This document shows, one piece after another, positions 1 to 9,690 of a stretch of DNA of 64,000 bases (the first letter of the stretch is position 1; each line of letters starts with the position of its first letter). Made by a program: the position numbers and the translations under genes. The DNA is from Candidatus Peribacter sp. Lineage in GTDB: Bacteria; Patescibacteriota; Gracilibacteria; Peribacterales; Peribacteraceae. The notes below the pieces were generated by a model. That model saw only the letters and a program-made list of their open reading frames with translations. It was not told the DNA's origin and did no database searches. The DNA lies in the NCBI GenBank assembly GCA_030647195.1, contig JAUSKD010000010.1, forward strand, positions 197 through 64,196. The letters are read 5' to 3'.

Positions 1-205
1 CGATGTACCCGCGCCGGTCAAAGTGGAACATCTCGCTCAAGCGTTCGGGGAGGTTCTTTTCCGTTGTGGGGTACACATCCATCGAGGCATCCATCCCCTG
101 CTCGCGGAAGTGCGCATTCCACTCTTTCAGGATTTTGGATGCATCGGGAACAGAGCCGATCAGGCCATAGAGCTCGCGATTGGGGGAAGTACGTGGCTTG
201 GTCAT
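1..205 (-). CDS. shikimate dehydrogenase (AroE)-like protein, N-terminal fragment; gene runs off the left edge
   Basis: Open frame from ATG (complement 205-203) to the window edge. It is absent from the ORF track because there is no stop in the window. My translation is MTKPRTSPNRELYGLIGSVPDASKILKEWNAHFREQGMDASMDVYPTTEKNLPERLSEMFHFDRRGYI. It resembles the AroE N-terminus (LYGxIG..P.....N..F...G....Y), but the canonical SKSP residues are not conserved. Confidence 0.4.
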   Translation of the reverse strand, partial: MTKPRTSPNRELYGLIGSVPDASKILKEWNAHFREQGMDASMDVYPTTEKNLPERLSEMFHFDRRGYI

Positions 206-228
206 AGGAGCAGTATGCCATAGAGTGT

Positions 229-315
229 TGTCATCCTGAGCCCGTCAGTGTCATCCCGAGCTCTGTCGAGGGGCGACACTGTGAATATCATGGTTCGACA
301 GGGCTCACCATGACA
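229..315. repeat. REP-like intergenic palindromic element, copy A (first module duplicated)
   Basis: Sequence is tgtcatcctgagc..gtcatcccgagctctgtcgagggg..atcatggttcgacagggctcaccatgaca. Same modules as 13453-13517. The terminal module forms a hairpin (tcatggt/accatga). Confidence 0.7.
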
Positions 316-320
316 CTTGT

Positions 321-1418
321 ATGAACACAGCCTCGCAAATCATCGCTTGGACGAGTTTTGCCACTTTCGTGCTCACGGTGTTCCTGCACCTGCTTTCTCT
401 CAAGCTTTTCCCCCGTTGGGGCCTTTTGGACTTCCCCGTACGCTACGGACTCACGCGTTCGCCGATCCCCTATCCAACGGGGATCCTCGCGGTTTTCGTG
501 TTCCTCGCATTCTTCGTCACGTTTGAATCCACTCTCGCACTCAAGCCCTGGTCTCTGCAGGCATGCGGACTCATCGCCGGCATTGTGCTCCTCGCTCTGG
601 TCACGTTTCGCGACGACCGCCGTCCCCTCCCCTCCTGGGTGCGGCTGATCACGCAAATCACGATCGCGGTGCTGATCTACCTCACGGGAACGCGTATCTT
701 TACCCTCACCAACCCGCTGCCATGGTTAATCGATTGGGAAGAGATTCCCCTCTATTACCTGTCTCTGCCCATCGCCTTTCTGGACTATCCCTCGCTGCCG
801 GGTGCGCTCTTCACGGCGTTCTGGCTCGGTCTCACCATGAACGCCCTCAACTGGTTCGACGGCATCCGCGGGCAGACCAACGTCGTCTCGGTGCTGGGAT
901 TCGTAACGATCGGACTCCTCTCGCTCTCTGACCGCGTGGGTGATTTTTCACTCGGCCTGATTGCGTTCGCGCTCGCCGGTATCGCGCTGGCGTGTCTCCT
1001 GTTCGACCGGCCCGGCCCCCTGGCACTCATCGGCGACACGGGCGCCATGTTCTTCGGGCTGATGCTGGGCGTACTGACGATCTTTACGGGAGGCAAAGTG
1101 GCGACGGGATTCCTCGTGCTCGGTGTGCCGCTGATCGATTCGTTCATCGTGATCGTGCGTCGGATTCTCAAGGGGAAATCCGTTTTCAAAGGGGATGCCC
1201 AGAACGAGCATCTGCACCACCGGTTGCTCCGCAGGGGCTGGACCGAGTGGCAGATCATCGCGCTTACGTCGGCTCTCGGTGCGTCCTTTGGTATCACGGC
1301 GCTCTTCCTTTCGACGACTGAAAAATTCCTGGCGGCACTCGCGCTCTTTTTGATCATGCTCCTGCTTTCCATCTACTCTGCAGAGAAACCCCAGTTCCCC
1401 AGTTCCCGAGTTCCCTAA
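321..1418 (+). CDS. glycosyltransferase family 4 polyprenyl-phosphate sugar-1-phosphate transferase (WecA/MraY-type)
   Basis: 365-aa polytopic membrane ORF. Motifs NALNWFDGIRGQ (NxxNxxDGxDG), GDTGAMFFG and NEHLHHRLL are typical of WecA/TagO/MraY-family enzymes. Confidence 0.8.
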   Translation: MNTASQIIAWTSFATFVLTVFLHLLSLKLFPRWGLLDFPVRYGLTRSPIPYPTGILAVFVFLAFFVTFESTLALKPWSLQACGLIAGIVLLALVTFRDDRRPLPSWVRLITQITIAVLIYLTGTRIFTLTNPLPWLIDWEEIPLYYLSLPIAFLDYPSLPGALFTAFWLGLTMNALNWFDGIRGQTNVVSVLGFVTIGLLSLSDRVGDFSLGLIAFALAGIALACLLFDRPGPLALIGDTGAMFFGLMLGVLTIFTGGKVATGFLVLGVPLIDSFIVIVRRILKGKSVFKGDAQNEHLHHRLLRRGWTEWQIIALTSALGASFGITALFLSTTEKFLAALALFLIMLLLSIYSAEKPQFPSSRVP

Positions 1419-1422
1419 TCCC

Positions 1423-1752
1423 GTGCTCCACCACCTCATCGTCTACGTTCCCGTTGCAGCCGCACAGTCTGTGCGTGATGCGATGGCTGCATCTGGAGCG
1501 GGCAGGATCGGCAACTACGACAGCTGCTCCTTCTCGAGCACAGGGACGGGACGTTTTCGTCCGCTCAAGGGTGCCTCTCCGGCCATCGGAAGCATTGGAA
1601 CTCTGGAGGAGGTCGAAGAAGAGCGGATCGAAGCTGTCGTGAATGAGGAAGACCTGAAGAAGGTTCTGGAGGCGATCGTGAAGGTTCATCCGTACGAGGA
1701 ACCGGCGATTCACGTACTGCCTATGCAGGATTACAAAGACATTATGAAATAA
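1423..1752 (+). CDS. stand-alone NIF3/YqfO insert-domain (PII/CutA-like fold) protein
   Basis: GTG start 4 nt after the previous stop. The stretch VYVPVAAAQSVRDAMAASGAGRIGNYDSCSFSSTGTGRFRPLKGASPAIGSIG..EEERIEAVV..VHPYEEPAIHVLPM closely parallels the domain inserted into Bacillus YqfO, as I recall it. Confidence 0.65.
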   Translation: MLHHLIVYVPVAAAQSVRDAMAASGAGRIGNYDSCSFSSTGTGRFRPLKGASPAIGSIGTLEEVEEERIEAVVNEEDLKKVLEAIVKVHPYEEPAIHVLPMQDYKDIMK

Positions 1753-1860
1753 TTCGTCGCGAAGTTGTGGGTGGCTCCGACGGGCCCCACAACTGGAGCG
1801 ACACCACTGAAGGGAAAAGAGAGCTCGTGAGAGAGAAACCGTAGGTTTCTCTTTCGCGAA

Positions 1861-3342
1861 TTATTTCACGTATTTCATCGGCTGACTTTCCGAGCCAAAC
1901 GGCATGGCCTCGATGATCAGCGTGCGTCGCCCGTGCGGCAGCACGCTGACTTCGGCGCGCCCGTTCGAGAAGTCCAAAACCGAGAGGGTATCGGGCTGAA
2001 AGTCCGCGCTCCCGAAGGAAGCCCGAAGCACGATGTCGCGCGTGAGCATCGGGGACGTCACAACGTTTCCATTGGCATCCAGCAGGGTCAGGCGCACGCG
2101 CTCCCATCCCCGGTCGGAGTACGAGCCGTCGTGCGTGATTTCTACGGACGAGACAGGTGTGCCCACGGCCGGCGGCAGCGCTTCATCGCGGCTCACCACC
2201 ACTTCGCGCCGTTGCACCACTTCTCCCGTGGCAATGGGCAGCGAGGGTTCGGGTTCCTGCTCGGACGAAACACTACTTGAGGAGCTGGAGCTGGCCGCTT
2301 CGTGGAGGACCACGGTTGCCGTAGAAACCACCAGACGTGCTCTACGCTGCGCCACGCGGGACTGTACGCGTGAGAGCCAGGTCTGGCTGGCGATGCTGGA
2401 GGCGGCGGAAGACCGGGCGCTGATTGAACCGGCATCCACAACGGTGGTCACCGGTGCGTAACTGGCCTGCACATAGAGCAAGGGATTCACCGTGAAAGAT
2501 GTTCCACGGTCGGCATGGAATCCGCGGTTGATCGCAACGGCGGTAGAGTATCCGGCTGCCCGCAATTCCTCAGAAGTGAAGGGCCAGTAGGGATGCCAGG
2601 GGGCATCGGCGCGGTCGATCTGAAAGTGCAGGTGCGGGCCCGTGGCGTCACCGGTGACCCCAGAGAGCGCGATCTGCTCGCCCTTGTCCACGATGTCGCC
2701 GACATTCACGAATGTGACGCTCAAGTGGGCATAGTTGCTATAGAGCACGGTTGTCTCGGTGGGATGACTGGGATCCGGAATATTCGGATGACGGATCACA
2801 ACGGTCTTGCCGAATCCCGTTGCATCCTTCACTTCACTCACGACGCCGCTTGCAATGGAGCGCACTGGTGTGCCGATGGGCACGCGGATATCCACAGCCG
2901 GGTGACTGCCGGAGTTCTGCTCACCCGTCGTGTAGGAGCCCATGTAGCTGACGGAGTAGATCGCCTGGGCCTTTTCGTCATTGAGTGCCGACGTGTAGGG
3001 CGGCAGCGGAATGAGCATATCCTGCGGCACCTCGCGGAAGCTGTGTTCCTGCGGATTGCCGCCGTACCGGTACCAGCGCACATAATCGGGAACGAGGGCG
3101 ATGGGCGTGACTGTGCCGGTGTAGACGATCAGACTATCATTGTCGTGCCCCATCACGGATTTCCAGAACACCTGCCACCCATGCTGTCCGATCATGTTTC
3201 CGGTCACAAATGCCAGGAGCGAGAGGATCGCCACCCAGAAAGACGTGCGTTGCGCCAGGTAGTGGAACGCATGCGGTTCCACAGATTTGTGCAACGGAGC
3301 GGCATGAAAGCCGAGCTTTTTGCGGGAGACGAGATGGGTCAT
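1861..3342 (-). CDS. M23 family metallopeptidase with N-terminal membrane anchor
   Basis: Motifs HPAVDIRVPIGTPV and GDATGPHLHFQI (HxxxD ... HxH), a TM segment FWVAILSLLAFVTG, and a Ser-rich linker. I chose ATG at c3342 (MTHLVSRKK) rather than the track's TTG at c3432. A TTGACG-17-TATTAT promoter lies upstream, and the longer form would overlap tsaE. Confidence 0.85.
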   Translation of the reverse strand: MTHLVSRKKLGFHAAPLHKSVEPHAFHYLAQRTSFWVAILSLLAFVTGNMIGQHGWQVFWKSVMGHDNDSLIVYTGTVTPIALVPDYVRWYRYGGNPQEHSFREVPQDMLIPLPPYTSALNDEKAQAIYSVSYMGSYTTGEQNSGSHPAVDIRVPIGTPVRSIASGVVSEVKDATGFGKTVVIRHPNIPDPSHPTETTVLYSNYAHLSVTFVNVGDIVDKGEQIALSGVTGDATGPHLHFQIDRADAPWHPYWPFTSEELRAAGYSTAVAINRGFHADRGTSFTVNPLLYVQASYAPVTTVVDAGSISARSSAASSIASQTWLSRVQSRVAQRRARLVVSTATVVLHEAASSSSSSSVSSEQEPEPSLPIATGEVVQRREVVVSRDEALPPAVGTPVSSVEITHDGSYSDRGWERVRLTLLDANGNVVTSPMLTRDIVLRASFGSADFQPDTLSVLDFSNGRAEVSVLPHGRRTLIIEAMPFGSESQPMKYVK

Positions 3343-3381
3343 AGAGGTGTCTGTTTGTCTGTTAATATAATAACATTTTGC

Positions 3382-3394
3382 TATAATTTCGTCA
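3382..3394 (+). promoter_or_regulatory. -10 box (TATAAT) 7 nt upstream of the tsaE ATG; leaderless-type promoter
   Basis: The sequence reads gcTATAATttcgtcaATG, and the same layout recurs at many genes in the window. Confidence 0.55.
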
Positions 3395-4414
3395 ATGTCT
3401 GATTCCGTCACACTTTGGCTGAGGGATGCCAAAATGACCCTCTCCGCAGGGGCATCACTTGGCTCTACGCTCTATCGCGTTCCGGTGACGATTTCGCTGA
3501 CCGGAACACTGGGTGCAGGCAAGACGACATTCCTGCAGGGGCTCGGGTCTGCACTGGGCATCACGCAGCGGCTGACGAGCCCCACGTACGCTCTGGAGCA
3601 GCGTTACCCTCTCGAGCATTTCGGGGAGTTGCTGCACATCGATCTGTACAGACTGTCGGCCAAAGACGCACTGCACCTCATCCATTCCTCGGATCATCAC
3701 CACGGGATCCGCTGCATTGAGTGGGCGGACAGGCTGCCGGATGGAACGCCGGATGATGCATGCATCACCATTCACCTTTCGGAGCGGCAGGACGGAGCGG
3801 GCAGGGATCTTACAGTCACGTTTCAAGACATTGCCCTCCCCTCCCCTGAACAGGTACGCCGCTGGCGTGAGGAGGTCTGCCTTCCACACCTGATCGCCCG
3901 CCACTGCGATGCCGTTTCGGACGCGGCCGTTCGCCTCGGCGAGGAGCTGATACAGCGCGGACACATTGTCCGGCTCGGTGCGCTGAGGGCGGCGGCATCG
4001 GTGCACGATTTGCTGCGTTTCGTCGATTTTCACCGGGGGACAGGACATATCGAAAAAGAGATCAATCCCGACCATGAGCGCACGTGGGAGGAAGTAAAAG
4101 CCGGGTACCCAGGCCTGCATCACGAGGCAGCCGCAGCGAAGTTTCTCGTCGGAAAGGGATTCCCCGAGCTTGCCGAAATCGTGCGCGTGCACGGCCTGAC
4201 ACTGGCGGATTCCACGCGCATCACCACGGAACAGCGCCTGCTCTACTACGCCGACAAGCGTGTGAAGATCGACGAGGTCGTCAGTCTGGAGGAGCGGCTG
4301 CGCGATTTTACGGAACGGTACAGTCACCTTGGCCAGCTTCGGGAATCGGATGCCTGGTATGAAGAAGCGCGAAAAACGGAGCGCGAGCTCTTCCCTGATG
4401 GGCCGCCGTTCTGA
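3395..4414 (+). CDS. tsaE: tRNA t6A37 ATPase TsaE fused to a C-terminal HD-domain phosphohydrolase
   Basis: N-terminal half has the P-loop GTLGAGKTTFLQGL plus SPTYAL and HIDLYRL, the YjeE/TsaE signature. C-terminal half has H...HD (RHCDAV...SVHDLLRF), HHEAAAAKFL and YYADKRV, typical of HD superfamily proteins. Confidence 0.8.
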   Translation: MSDSVTLWLRDAKMTLSAGASLGSTLYRVPVTISLTGTLGAGKTTFLQGLGSALGITQRLTSPTYALEQRYPLEHFGELLHIDLYRLSAKDALHLIHSSDHHHGIRCIEWADRLPDGTPDDACITIHLSERQDGAGRDLTVTFQDIALPSPEQVRRWREEVCLPHLIARHCDAVSDAAVRLGEELIQRGHIVRLGALRAAASVHDLLRFVDFHRGTGHIEKEINPDHERTWEEVKAGYPGLHHEAAAAKFLVGKGFPELAEIVRVHGLTLADSTRITTEQRLLYYADKRVKIDEVVSLEERLRDFTERYSHLGQLRESDAWYEEARKTERELFPDGPPF

Positions 4415-4418
4415 CAGA

Positions 4419-5192
4419 ATGGCATGCATGCTCTCCTCCCCCACTCTCTTAAGCATCCTTAGCGTGTTCGTCGTGAGCGCGGTTTCGCTCATCGGGATGA
4501 CGACGTTCGTCCTGCGCGAACATCTGATCCGTCGCCTGCTCCTGACATTCATCGCCTTCTCAACGGGTGCGCTGCTCGGTGATGTCTTCATCCACATTCT
4601 GCCCGAGATGGCGATGCAGTCATCAGGGCTCGCCACGCAATTTCTTCTGGTCCTCGCAGGCATGTTGCTCTCTTTCATCATTGAGAAGGGCATTCACTGG
4701 CGCCACTGCCACTGCTCCGCACTGCCGGAGCGCAGCGGACATATCCACCCCGTCGGCATCATGAACCTGATCGGGGACGGACTGCACAACTTCATCGATG
4801 GCGCCCTCATCGCGGGCAGTTACCTCATCAGCCCGCAGATCGGCCTCGCCACCACGATTGCCGTCCTGCTGCACGAAATCCCGCAGGAGATCGGTGATTT
4901 TGCCATTCTGCTCTTCAGCGGATTCTCTACACGGCGCGCACTGCTGCTCAATCTTCTTACGGCCTGCATCGCCTTTCTGGGCGCGGCCATCATTCTCATG
5001 ACGGCCAAATCCGTGCCGCTGCTCGAGTGGGTGCTGCTGCCGGTCGCTGCCGGCAATTTCCTCTACCTCGCGGGGTCGGACTTGATCCCCGAGCTGCACA
5101 AAGAATCTCGTCCCTCGCATGCGGTTCTGCAGCTGATCACCATTCTCGCGGGCGTGGGGGTGATGCAATTGCTGAAGGTAGTGAGCATTTAG
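4419..5192 (+). CDS. ZIP family divalent metal (zinc) transporter
   Basis: Motifs GDGLHNFIDGALIAGSY and LLHEIPQEIGDFAILL in a multi-TM protein. Start moved to ATG 4419 (MACMLSSPTLLSIL), just after the tsaE stop. The track's 4329 start lies inside tsaE. Confidence 0.8.
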   Translation: MACMLSSPTLLSILSVFVVSAVSLIGMTTFVLREHLIRRLLLTFIAFSTGALLGDVFIHILPEMAMQSSGLATQFLLVLAGMLLSFIIEKGIHWRHCHCSALPERSGHIHPVGIMNLIGDGLHNFIDGALIAGSYLISPQIGLATTIAVLLHEIPQEIGDFAILLFSGFSTRRALLLNLLTACIAFLGAAIILMTAKSVPLLEWVLLPVAAGNFLYLAGSDLIPELHKESRPSHAVLQLITILAGVGVMQLLKVVSI

Positions 5193-5209
5193 CTGAGAGT
5201 ATTTGTTTC

Positions 5210-5249
5210 CTATCAGCTCAAAGCTAACAGCTCACAGCTAAAAGCTATC
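5210..5249. repeat. tandem 7-nt units (NNNAGCT)n between convergent genes
   Basis: Sequence ctatcagct caaagct aacagct cacagct aaaagct atc. It is related to the arms of the 42414-42483 hairpin. Confidence 0.7.
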
Positions 5250-5252
5250 TGC

Positions 5253-5846
5253 TTATATCCTCCACGGGATCATTTCGTGGGTAACGGTCGACAGAAATGC
5301 GCTGGTGGAAATGCCCAGAATGGCAGGGGCGGCGACAAAAAGAATGGTGGTCGCAATGAGCAGGAACACGAGTAATTGCTCCCCTGCAGCCAGTGACCTG
5401 CCCAGCCGTTCGTGCACCGTGCGCATGTGCCTTCCGATGTGCAGCAGGACACCCAGAAAACGCTCCAGGATCTCAAATTTCGGCAGGAAGATTCCGGTAA
5501 ACCTCGCCACGGTCAGATCCGCCCGCAGAACGCCGCTCATCGCCGCAATGCCAATCGTGTGATGCAGGTACACGGAGAAAGTGAGAGCCATGACCAGGAG
5601 GAAGACATCGACCAGGCTTTCGCGCACTGTGCCCTCGAACGTATGCATCCACGAGAGATGGTGCACCTCGCGGTACTTGACGAGATCGAGCGAGATATGG
5701 GCCGCGATGAGCACGGCAAAGGCGCCCAGATTCAGGATGGCCGCCGCGAGGATGGTCAGCACCAGGTATCCTGCATGAAACGCCGGCAACTCGTCGTGCT
5801 CGTGCGCGAAATGGCGAAGAGCCAGGAGAACAGTGTGGGAGTGCAT
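5253..5846 (-). CDS. hypothetical His-rich integral membrane protein
   Basis: 197-aa ORF with about 5 hydrophobic segments and its own consensus-like promoter. I recognise no family. Confidence 0.6.
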   Translation of the reverse strand: MHSHTVLLALRHFAHEHDELPAFHAGYLVLTILAAAILNLGAFAVLIAAHISLDLVKYREVHHLSWMHTFEGTVRESLVDVFLLVMALTFSVYLHHTIGIAAMSGVLRADLTVARFTGIFLPKFEILERFLGVLLHIGRHMRTVHERLGRSLAAGEQLLVFLLIATTILFVAAPAILGISTSAFLSTVTHEMIPWRI

Positions 5847-5855
5847 GTTTTTAAC

Positions 5856-5883
5856 ATTATATAATATATTTTATGAATTGTAA
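5856..5883 (-). promoter_or_regulatory. sigma70-like promoter TTACAA-16 nt-TATAAT, 9 nt upstream of ATG c5846
   Basis: The minus strand reads TTACAAttcataaaatatattaTATAATgttaaaaacATG. Confidence 0.6.
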
Positions 5884-5892
5884 ATCTTCCCC

Positions 5893-5920
5893 AAAAACCC
5901 CTCCTGAAGCCAGAAGGGGT
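5893..5920 (-). terminator. intrinsic terminator after the 1,225-aa envelope protein gene
   Basis: On the minus strand, an ACCCCTTC..GGAGGGGT hairpin is followed by TTTTT. Confidence 0.6.
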
Positions 5921-5945
5921 GTTGCAAGGCAATGATCGAAAGAGA

Positions 5946-8900
5946 CTACCCTCTGAAAACTGTTGAATTCACAGCGCTGTCGGGGGACTCCACCCACGTC
6001 CAGACTGAGGAGGAGGCGTTGTCACGATCCTTCCAGCGAAGGAAGCTCTTCGTCGGGAGGGACATGGGGCCGAAGTCCGTACGACGCGGGTCCGAGAAAT
6101 TATTGAGCGATACCTGCAGGATGCTTGATCCGCCGGACGACGCGGTCGTATTACTATTCGTAATGTTGCCGAGCAGTGCAAGGGTGATGGATCCCCCGGA
6201 GTCAATCGTCGAATTCACAGCACTGGTCGATGGCATGGAGCACTGGACGAGAAAGACACCCGTGACCGTTCCGGTGAGCGCCGTGCCCTGCAGGGAATAG
6301 GGCAGACACATCTCGCGCTGGCTCATGCTCGCCGCCTTGTTATAAATCCTGAAACCCGTGGCATCCAGTGCAACGTTGGTCGCGTTCACGGTGAAGATCA
6401 GGTCTGACAGCTCGGCCTGGTTTAAGCCATTCTTGGAATTGGCGTTCGGTGAAGCAGCGAAGGCAAATGACCCAATCTCTCGATCGGCTCCACTCGGAAC
6501 GGTACCGGTCGCCTGCCCGCCATTCGCAATGGACACGATCTTTGCGAGAACCGTTGTGTTAAAGTTTCCAACTACACGGACATTCATAGAAGCCGCAGTC
6601 GTTCTTCCAACGAAGATCTCGCCCTCTGCGATCATATCACCATTGTTTATGAGCAGTTCGTTCGACGAGATCAACCCACGGGCACGTACGGAAGTCGGCA
6701 GTGTCACAGAATCGATAAAGACGGCAATGGTGTCTCCACTCACGGCACCGTTTACGTCACTCTTCATCCGGGGTTTGACGAGCAGCTTGATGTCGCTTCC
6801 CTTCGGCACAACCAGTTGCTGGCTGTTCATACTGAAACAGAAGGTGCCGGCTGCGTACTCAGAGTCGCAATACCCGCTGGTGGCCAGAGACTGCGTTGCT
6901 CCTTCTTGCCAGAGTTCGAAAGAGTCCACGGAATTCGCCTGTCCTCCCGATGCAGTGAGCACGAGGGCCGTGACATCGATATCTTCATTCTCCGCATGGA
7001 GCTTGACGCGCAAAATGGGCTCATTGAGCGTACCGGCAAGCAGTTGGCGGGCGCCGATGGTCTGCGAGTCTAAGGTCACGTACAGATCACCCTGCCTGTG
7101 CAGCGAGAAGAGGGTGGAATTCACGGTGGTGAGAGACATCTCACAGCTCTGACTATTGGTGTTGCAGAAGCCATTCGTGCTCAAGCCCACGAGATCCCTA
7201 CCGGTGAGAGCGTCTTCACCCCCGATGGAATTGAACTGAAGTTGCAACTGGGGGCCCGTGAAGGAGCTAGCAATATCCGCATGCACCTCGAAGACGACAG
7301 ACGGAGCGGTATCGACAAACCCGTTGCCGCAACTGCCTGTGGGCAAACAGCGACAGTTCACACAGGTCATTCCGGTATCGCACCCAGAGCCGTCACACTC
7401 CTCTCCGGGATCCGGCAGACCATTGCCGCAGACTGGTCCTCCAGCACAATCTTTCAGACAACTGCATTTGTCTTCAGTACTGGCATCACACGTCCCGTCT
7501 CCGCAGGTCTTCCACCAGTTTTCTATACAGGTCCCGATGGAACCGTCGGACGTGGAGACGCACTCGTTTCCTGCCAGCACACTGTTCGGCTTGATGCCGG
7601 CATTTTTGCTGCAGCACTCCGTGGGGCCGAATACGGGGGATCCATAGACTCTCTTGCCATCCGGTGCGCAACGTTGTTCGGAAGAGACCGACGAGAAGGC
7701 AGAAGACGATGAAGACGGTCCGCACTGTGAAGGCTTGCAGAGGCAGGTGCCGAGTTCGCAAATTCTGCCGCCCGTACAGACGAATCCAACTTCGCACTCT
7801 TCAGGAGACTCAATGCGGCCATTACCGCAGACAACCGGTTCGGGCCTGCACGCTCCATCACTACAGCCATTGGGACACTTCACCACTTCGTTGGTGTGGT
7901 AGACCCCATCGCAGAAATGTTCGACGAGGTATCCCTTTTTCGCGTAGGGATTCGTGTCATCACCGCAAATATCGTCGCCTTCGTAGACTTCACCAGTAGC
8001 AGGACTGACGCCGACTGTGTGGCCCTTCACGCCGTAGATCTTGCCACCATCGGAATCCTTGCAGAAAGCTAAGGAAGAGGCGGAAGAATACGAGGAACTT
8101 GATCCTACACATCGCGCGCACTTGCCTCTGCACGCAGCAGTTCCGCAGGAGGTCGCGCTGTACTCGGGGGTTGATCCATCGCGGCAATCGATATGATCCG
8201 CATTAAAGCATCGGCCATTGGAACACATGGCAAGACAGGAATAGCCGGGAGGACACAGTTGCGTGGGCTGGCTGGTATCGCACTGATTACTGATGCTGCT
8301 GCTGCTCCTGAACCACGCCACGGAAGAACTGCTGCTCATTCGGGGCTGAACGCAGGTGCCGCTGCACACGTTCCGGCAGGCAACACCGGGCGGGCACGTA
8401 ATGTGGTTACAGACTCCGTACTTCGTGGAACAGACGAGCGAAGAGGGACAATCGCTGGGCGAAATACAGCGCGTTCCCTCCGCCTGTATCTGGCAGGTGT
8501 CGGAACAGCCATCACCCTTTACGAGGTTTCCGTCGTCACATTTCTCGTTGGTCTGCACGATGCCATCCCCGCACGCCGCGACGCGCTTCACGGTGACGAG
8601 CGTGCTGCAGCCGGTGCCATTCGAGCGGCAGAGTTTCACACGCTGGCCTTCGACAAGAGGAATGTCGGAAACACTTCGCGTAACCGACTCGTTCATGTTG
8701 CAGAAGAAGCTGCCGGTGTGCAGAGCCTGGCCCTGTTCGCTCATGAGCGTGGCGCATTCTGAGAATGACTTGGCGTACGAGACGCGCACATCTGACCGTT
8801 CCAGCACAACGGAACGGAGCAGGGCTTCGCGGCAGGCGCCATCCTCACAACCCAGCGCGCACGTAACCATGTTCGGGTAGGTCACCTGGCCGTAACTGAA

Positions 8901-9623
8901 GGGCGACGGGCAGTATCCCTCGAGCAGTTTCATGGGGTCCGCAGGAACCGAGGCAGGACGATTGGCCCAATCCTTGAGACAGGTATCCGTCCACGCGAGG
9001 AAGGTGCGCGCGCCCATACGGACGTTCGTGGTGATGCCTTTCACAGAGCCGTTCCTGCCCGCATCACTGTCGGTGCAGCGACTGCCAATATAGAGCGGAG
9101 TGACCAGTTGTCCTTTCAGGGACGTGCCCGGAGTGGTGCAGCGGCAGCCGGTGCACACCTGGCCATCACGGCAATTGGCATTGGTTTCGCATTCCTCGGC
9201 CCCGGGGAGCAGATAATCCATATCAAAGGTCACCGAATCGTTCGTGGGGGTGGCGGTCTTCAGAAGCGTATCGACCACGCGGTCACCGTCCGTGTCCACC
9301 CACAGAGAATAGGTTTGGGCATCGGTGGGCTTGCCCTGGGTGGTCGAGAAGGTTGCCCGGTTGAATCGAACGCCACTGGGTTGCTCCGCGCGCGCCTCGA
9401 AACGCAGCATCGTGACGTTCTTTTGGTTCGAGACGACCGTATCGGTGGTTGCGAGGGCTTTTTGCGAAACGGTCAGTTTCACCCCCGGCACATCGGTGAT
9501 GATCTGGGCAGTCGGTCGCAGCATCACGCGATTAAGTGCGAAGAGAACGATAACGGCGCACAGTAAAAAAAGCAGAAGGAGCGGGAGCTTGATCCTTCTG
9601 GGCGGAGTTGAAGAACGTGCCAT
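5946..9623 (-). CDS. large N-terminally anchored extracellular protein with Cys-rich central region and beta-rich flanks
   Basis: ATG c9623 (MARSSTPPRRIKLPLLLLFLLCAVIVLFAL is a signal-anchor). The central part has CGDGIVQTNEKCDDGNLVKGDGCSDTC, CGNGRIESPEECE and CGNGLPDPGEECDG, which are Myxococcus cysteine-rich repeat-type (TIGR02232-like), plus many other Cys knots. There is no C-terminal TM. Confidence 0.8.
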   Translation of the reverse strand: MARSSTPPRRIKLPLLLLFLLCAVIVLFALNRVMLRPTAQIITDVPGVKLTVSQKALATTDTVVSNQKNVTMLRFEARAEQPSGVRFNRATFSTTQGKPTDAQTYSLWVDTDGDRVVDTLLKTATPTNDSVTFDMDYLLPGAEECETNANCRDGQVCTGCRCTTPGTSLKGQLVTPLYIGSRCTDSDAGRNGSVKGITTNVRMGARTFLAWTDTCLKDWANRPASVPADPMKLLEGYCPSPFSYGQVTYPNMVTCALGCEDGACREALLRSVVLERSDVRVSYAKSFSECATLMSEQGQALHTGSFFCNMNESVTRSVSDIPLVEGQRVKLCRSNGTGCSTLVTVKRVAACGDGIVQTNEKCDDGNLVKGDGCSDTCQIQAEGTRCISPSDCPSSLVCSTKYGVCNHITCPPGVACRNVCSGTCVQPRMSSSSSVAWFRSSSSISNQCDTSQPTQLCPPGYSCLAMCSNGRCFNADHIDCRDGSTPEYSATSCGTAACRGKCARCVGSSSSYSSASSLAFCKDSDGGKIYGVKGHTVGVSPATGEVYEGDDICGDDTNPYAKKGYLVEHFCDGVYHTNEVVKCPNGCSDGACRPEPVVCGNGRIESPEECEVGFVCTGGRICELGTCLCKPSQCGPSSSSSAFSSVSSEQRCAPDGKRVYGSPVFGPTECCSKNAGIKPNSVLAGNECVSTSDGSIGTCIENWWKTCGDGTCDASTEDKCSCLKDCAGGPVCGNGLPDPGEECDGSGCDTGMTCVNCRCLPTGSCGNGFVDTAPSVVFEVHADIASSFTGPQLQLQFNSIGGEDALTGRDLVGLSTNGFCNTNSQSCEMSLTTVNSTLFSLHRQGDLYVTLDSQTIGARQLLAGTLNEPILRVKLHAENEDIDVTALVLTASGGQANSVDSFELWQEGATQSLATSGYCDSEYAAGTFCFSMNSQQLVVPKGSDIKLLVKPRMKSDVNGAVSGDTIAVFIDSVTLPTSVRARGLISSNELLINNGDMIAEGEIFVGRTTAASMNVRVVGNFNTTVLAKIVSIANGGQATGTVPSGADREIGSFAFAASPNANSKNGLNQAELSDLIFTVNATNVALDATGFRIYNKAASMSQREMCLPYSLQGTALTGTVTGVFLVQCSMPSTSAVNSTIDSGGSITLALLGNITNSNTTASSGGSSILQVSLNNFSDPRRTDFGPMSLPTKSFLRWKDRDNASSSVWTWVESPDSAVNSTVFRG

Positions 9624-9690
9624 GATGAAACAGGAACGAAATATTACATCGGATACTATCCTTCTCTCATCCATGCGCAACGTTGCAGTT

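Noticed and set aside
321-1418. Calling this gene mraY.
   Set aside because: The DRxHxHHxL-like NEHLHHRLL motif and the lack of neighbouring mur/fts genes fit WecA/TagO-type GT4 enzymes at least as well. I kept the call at family level.
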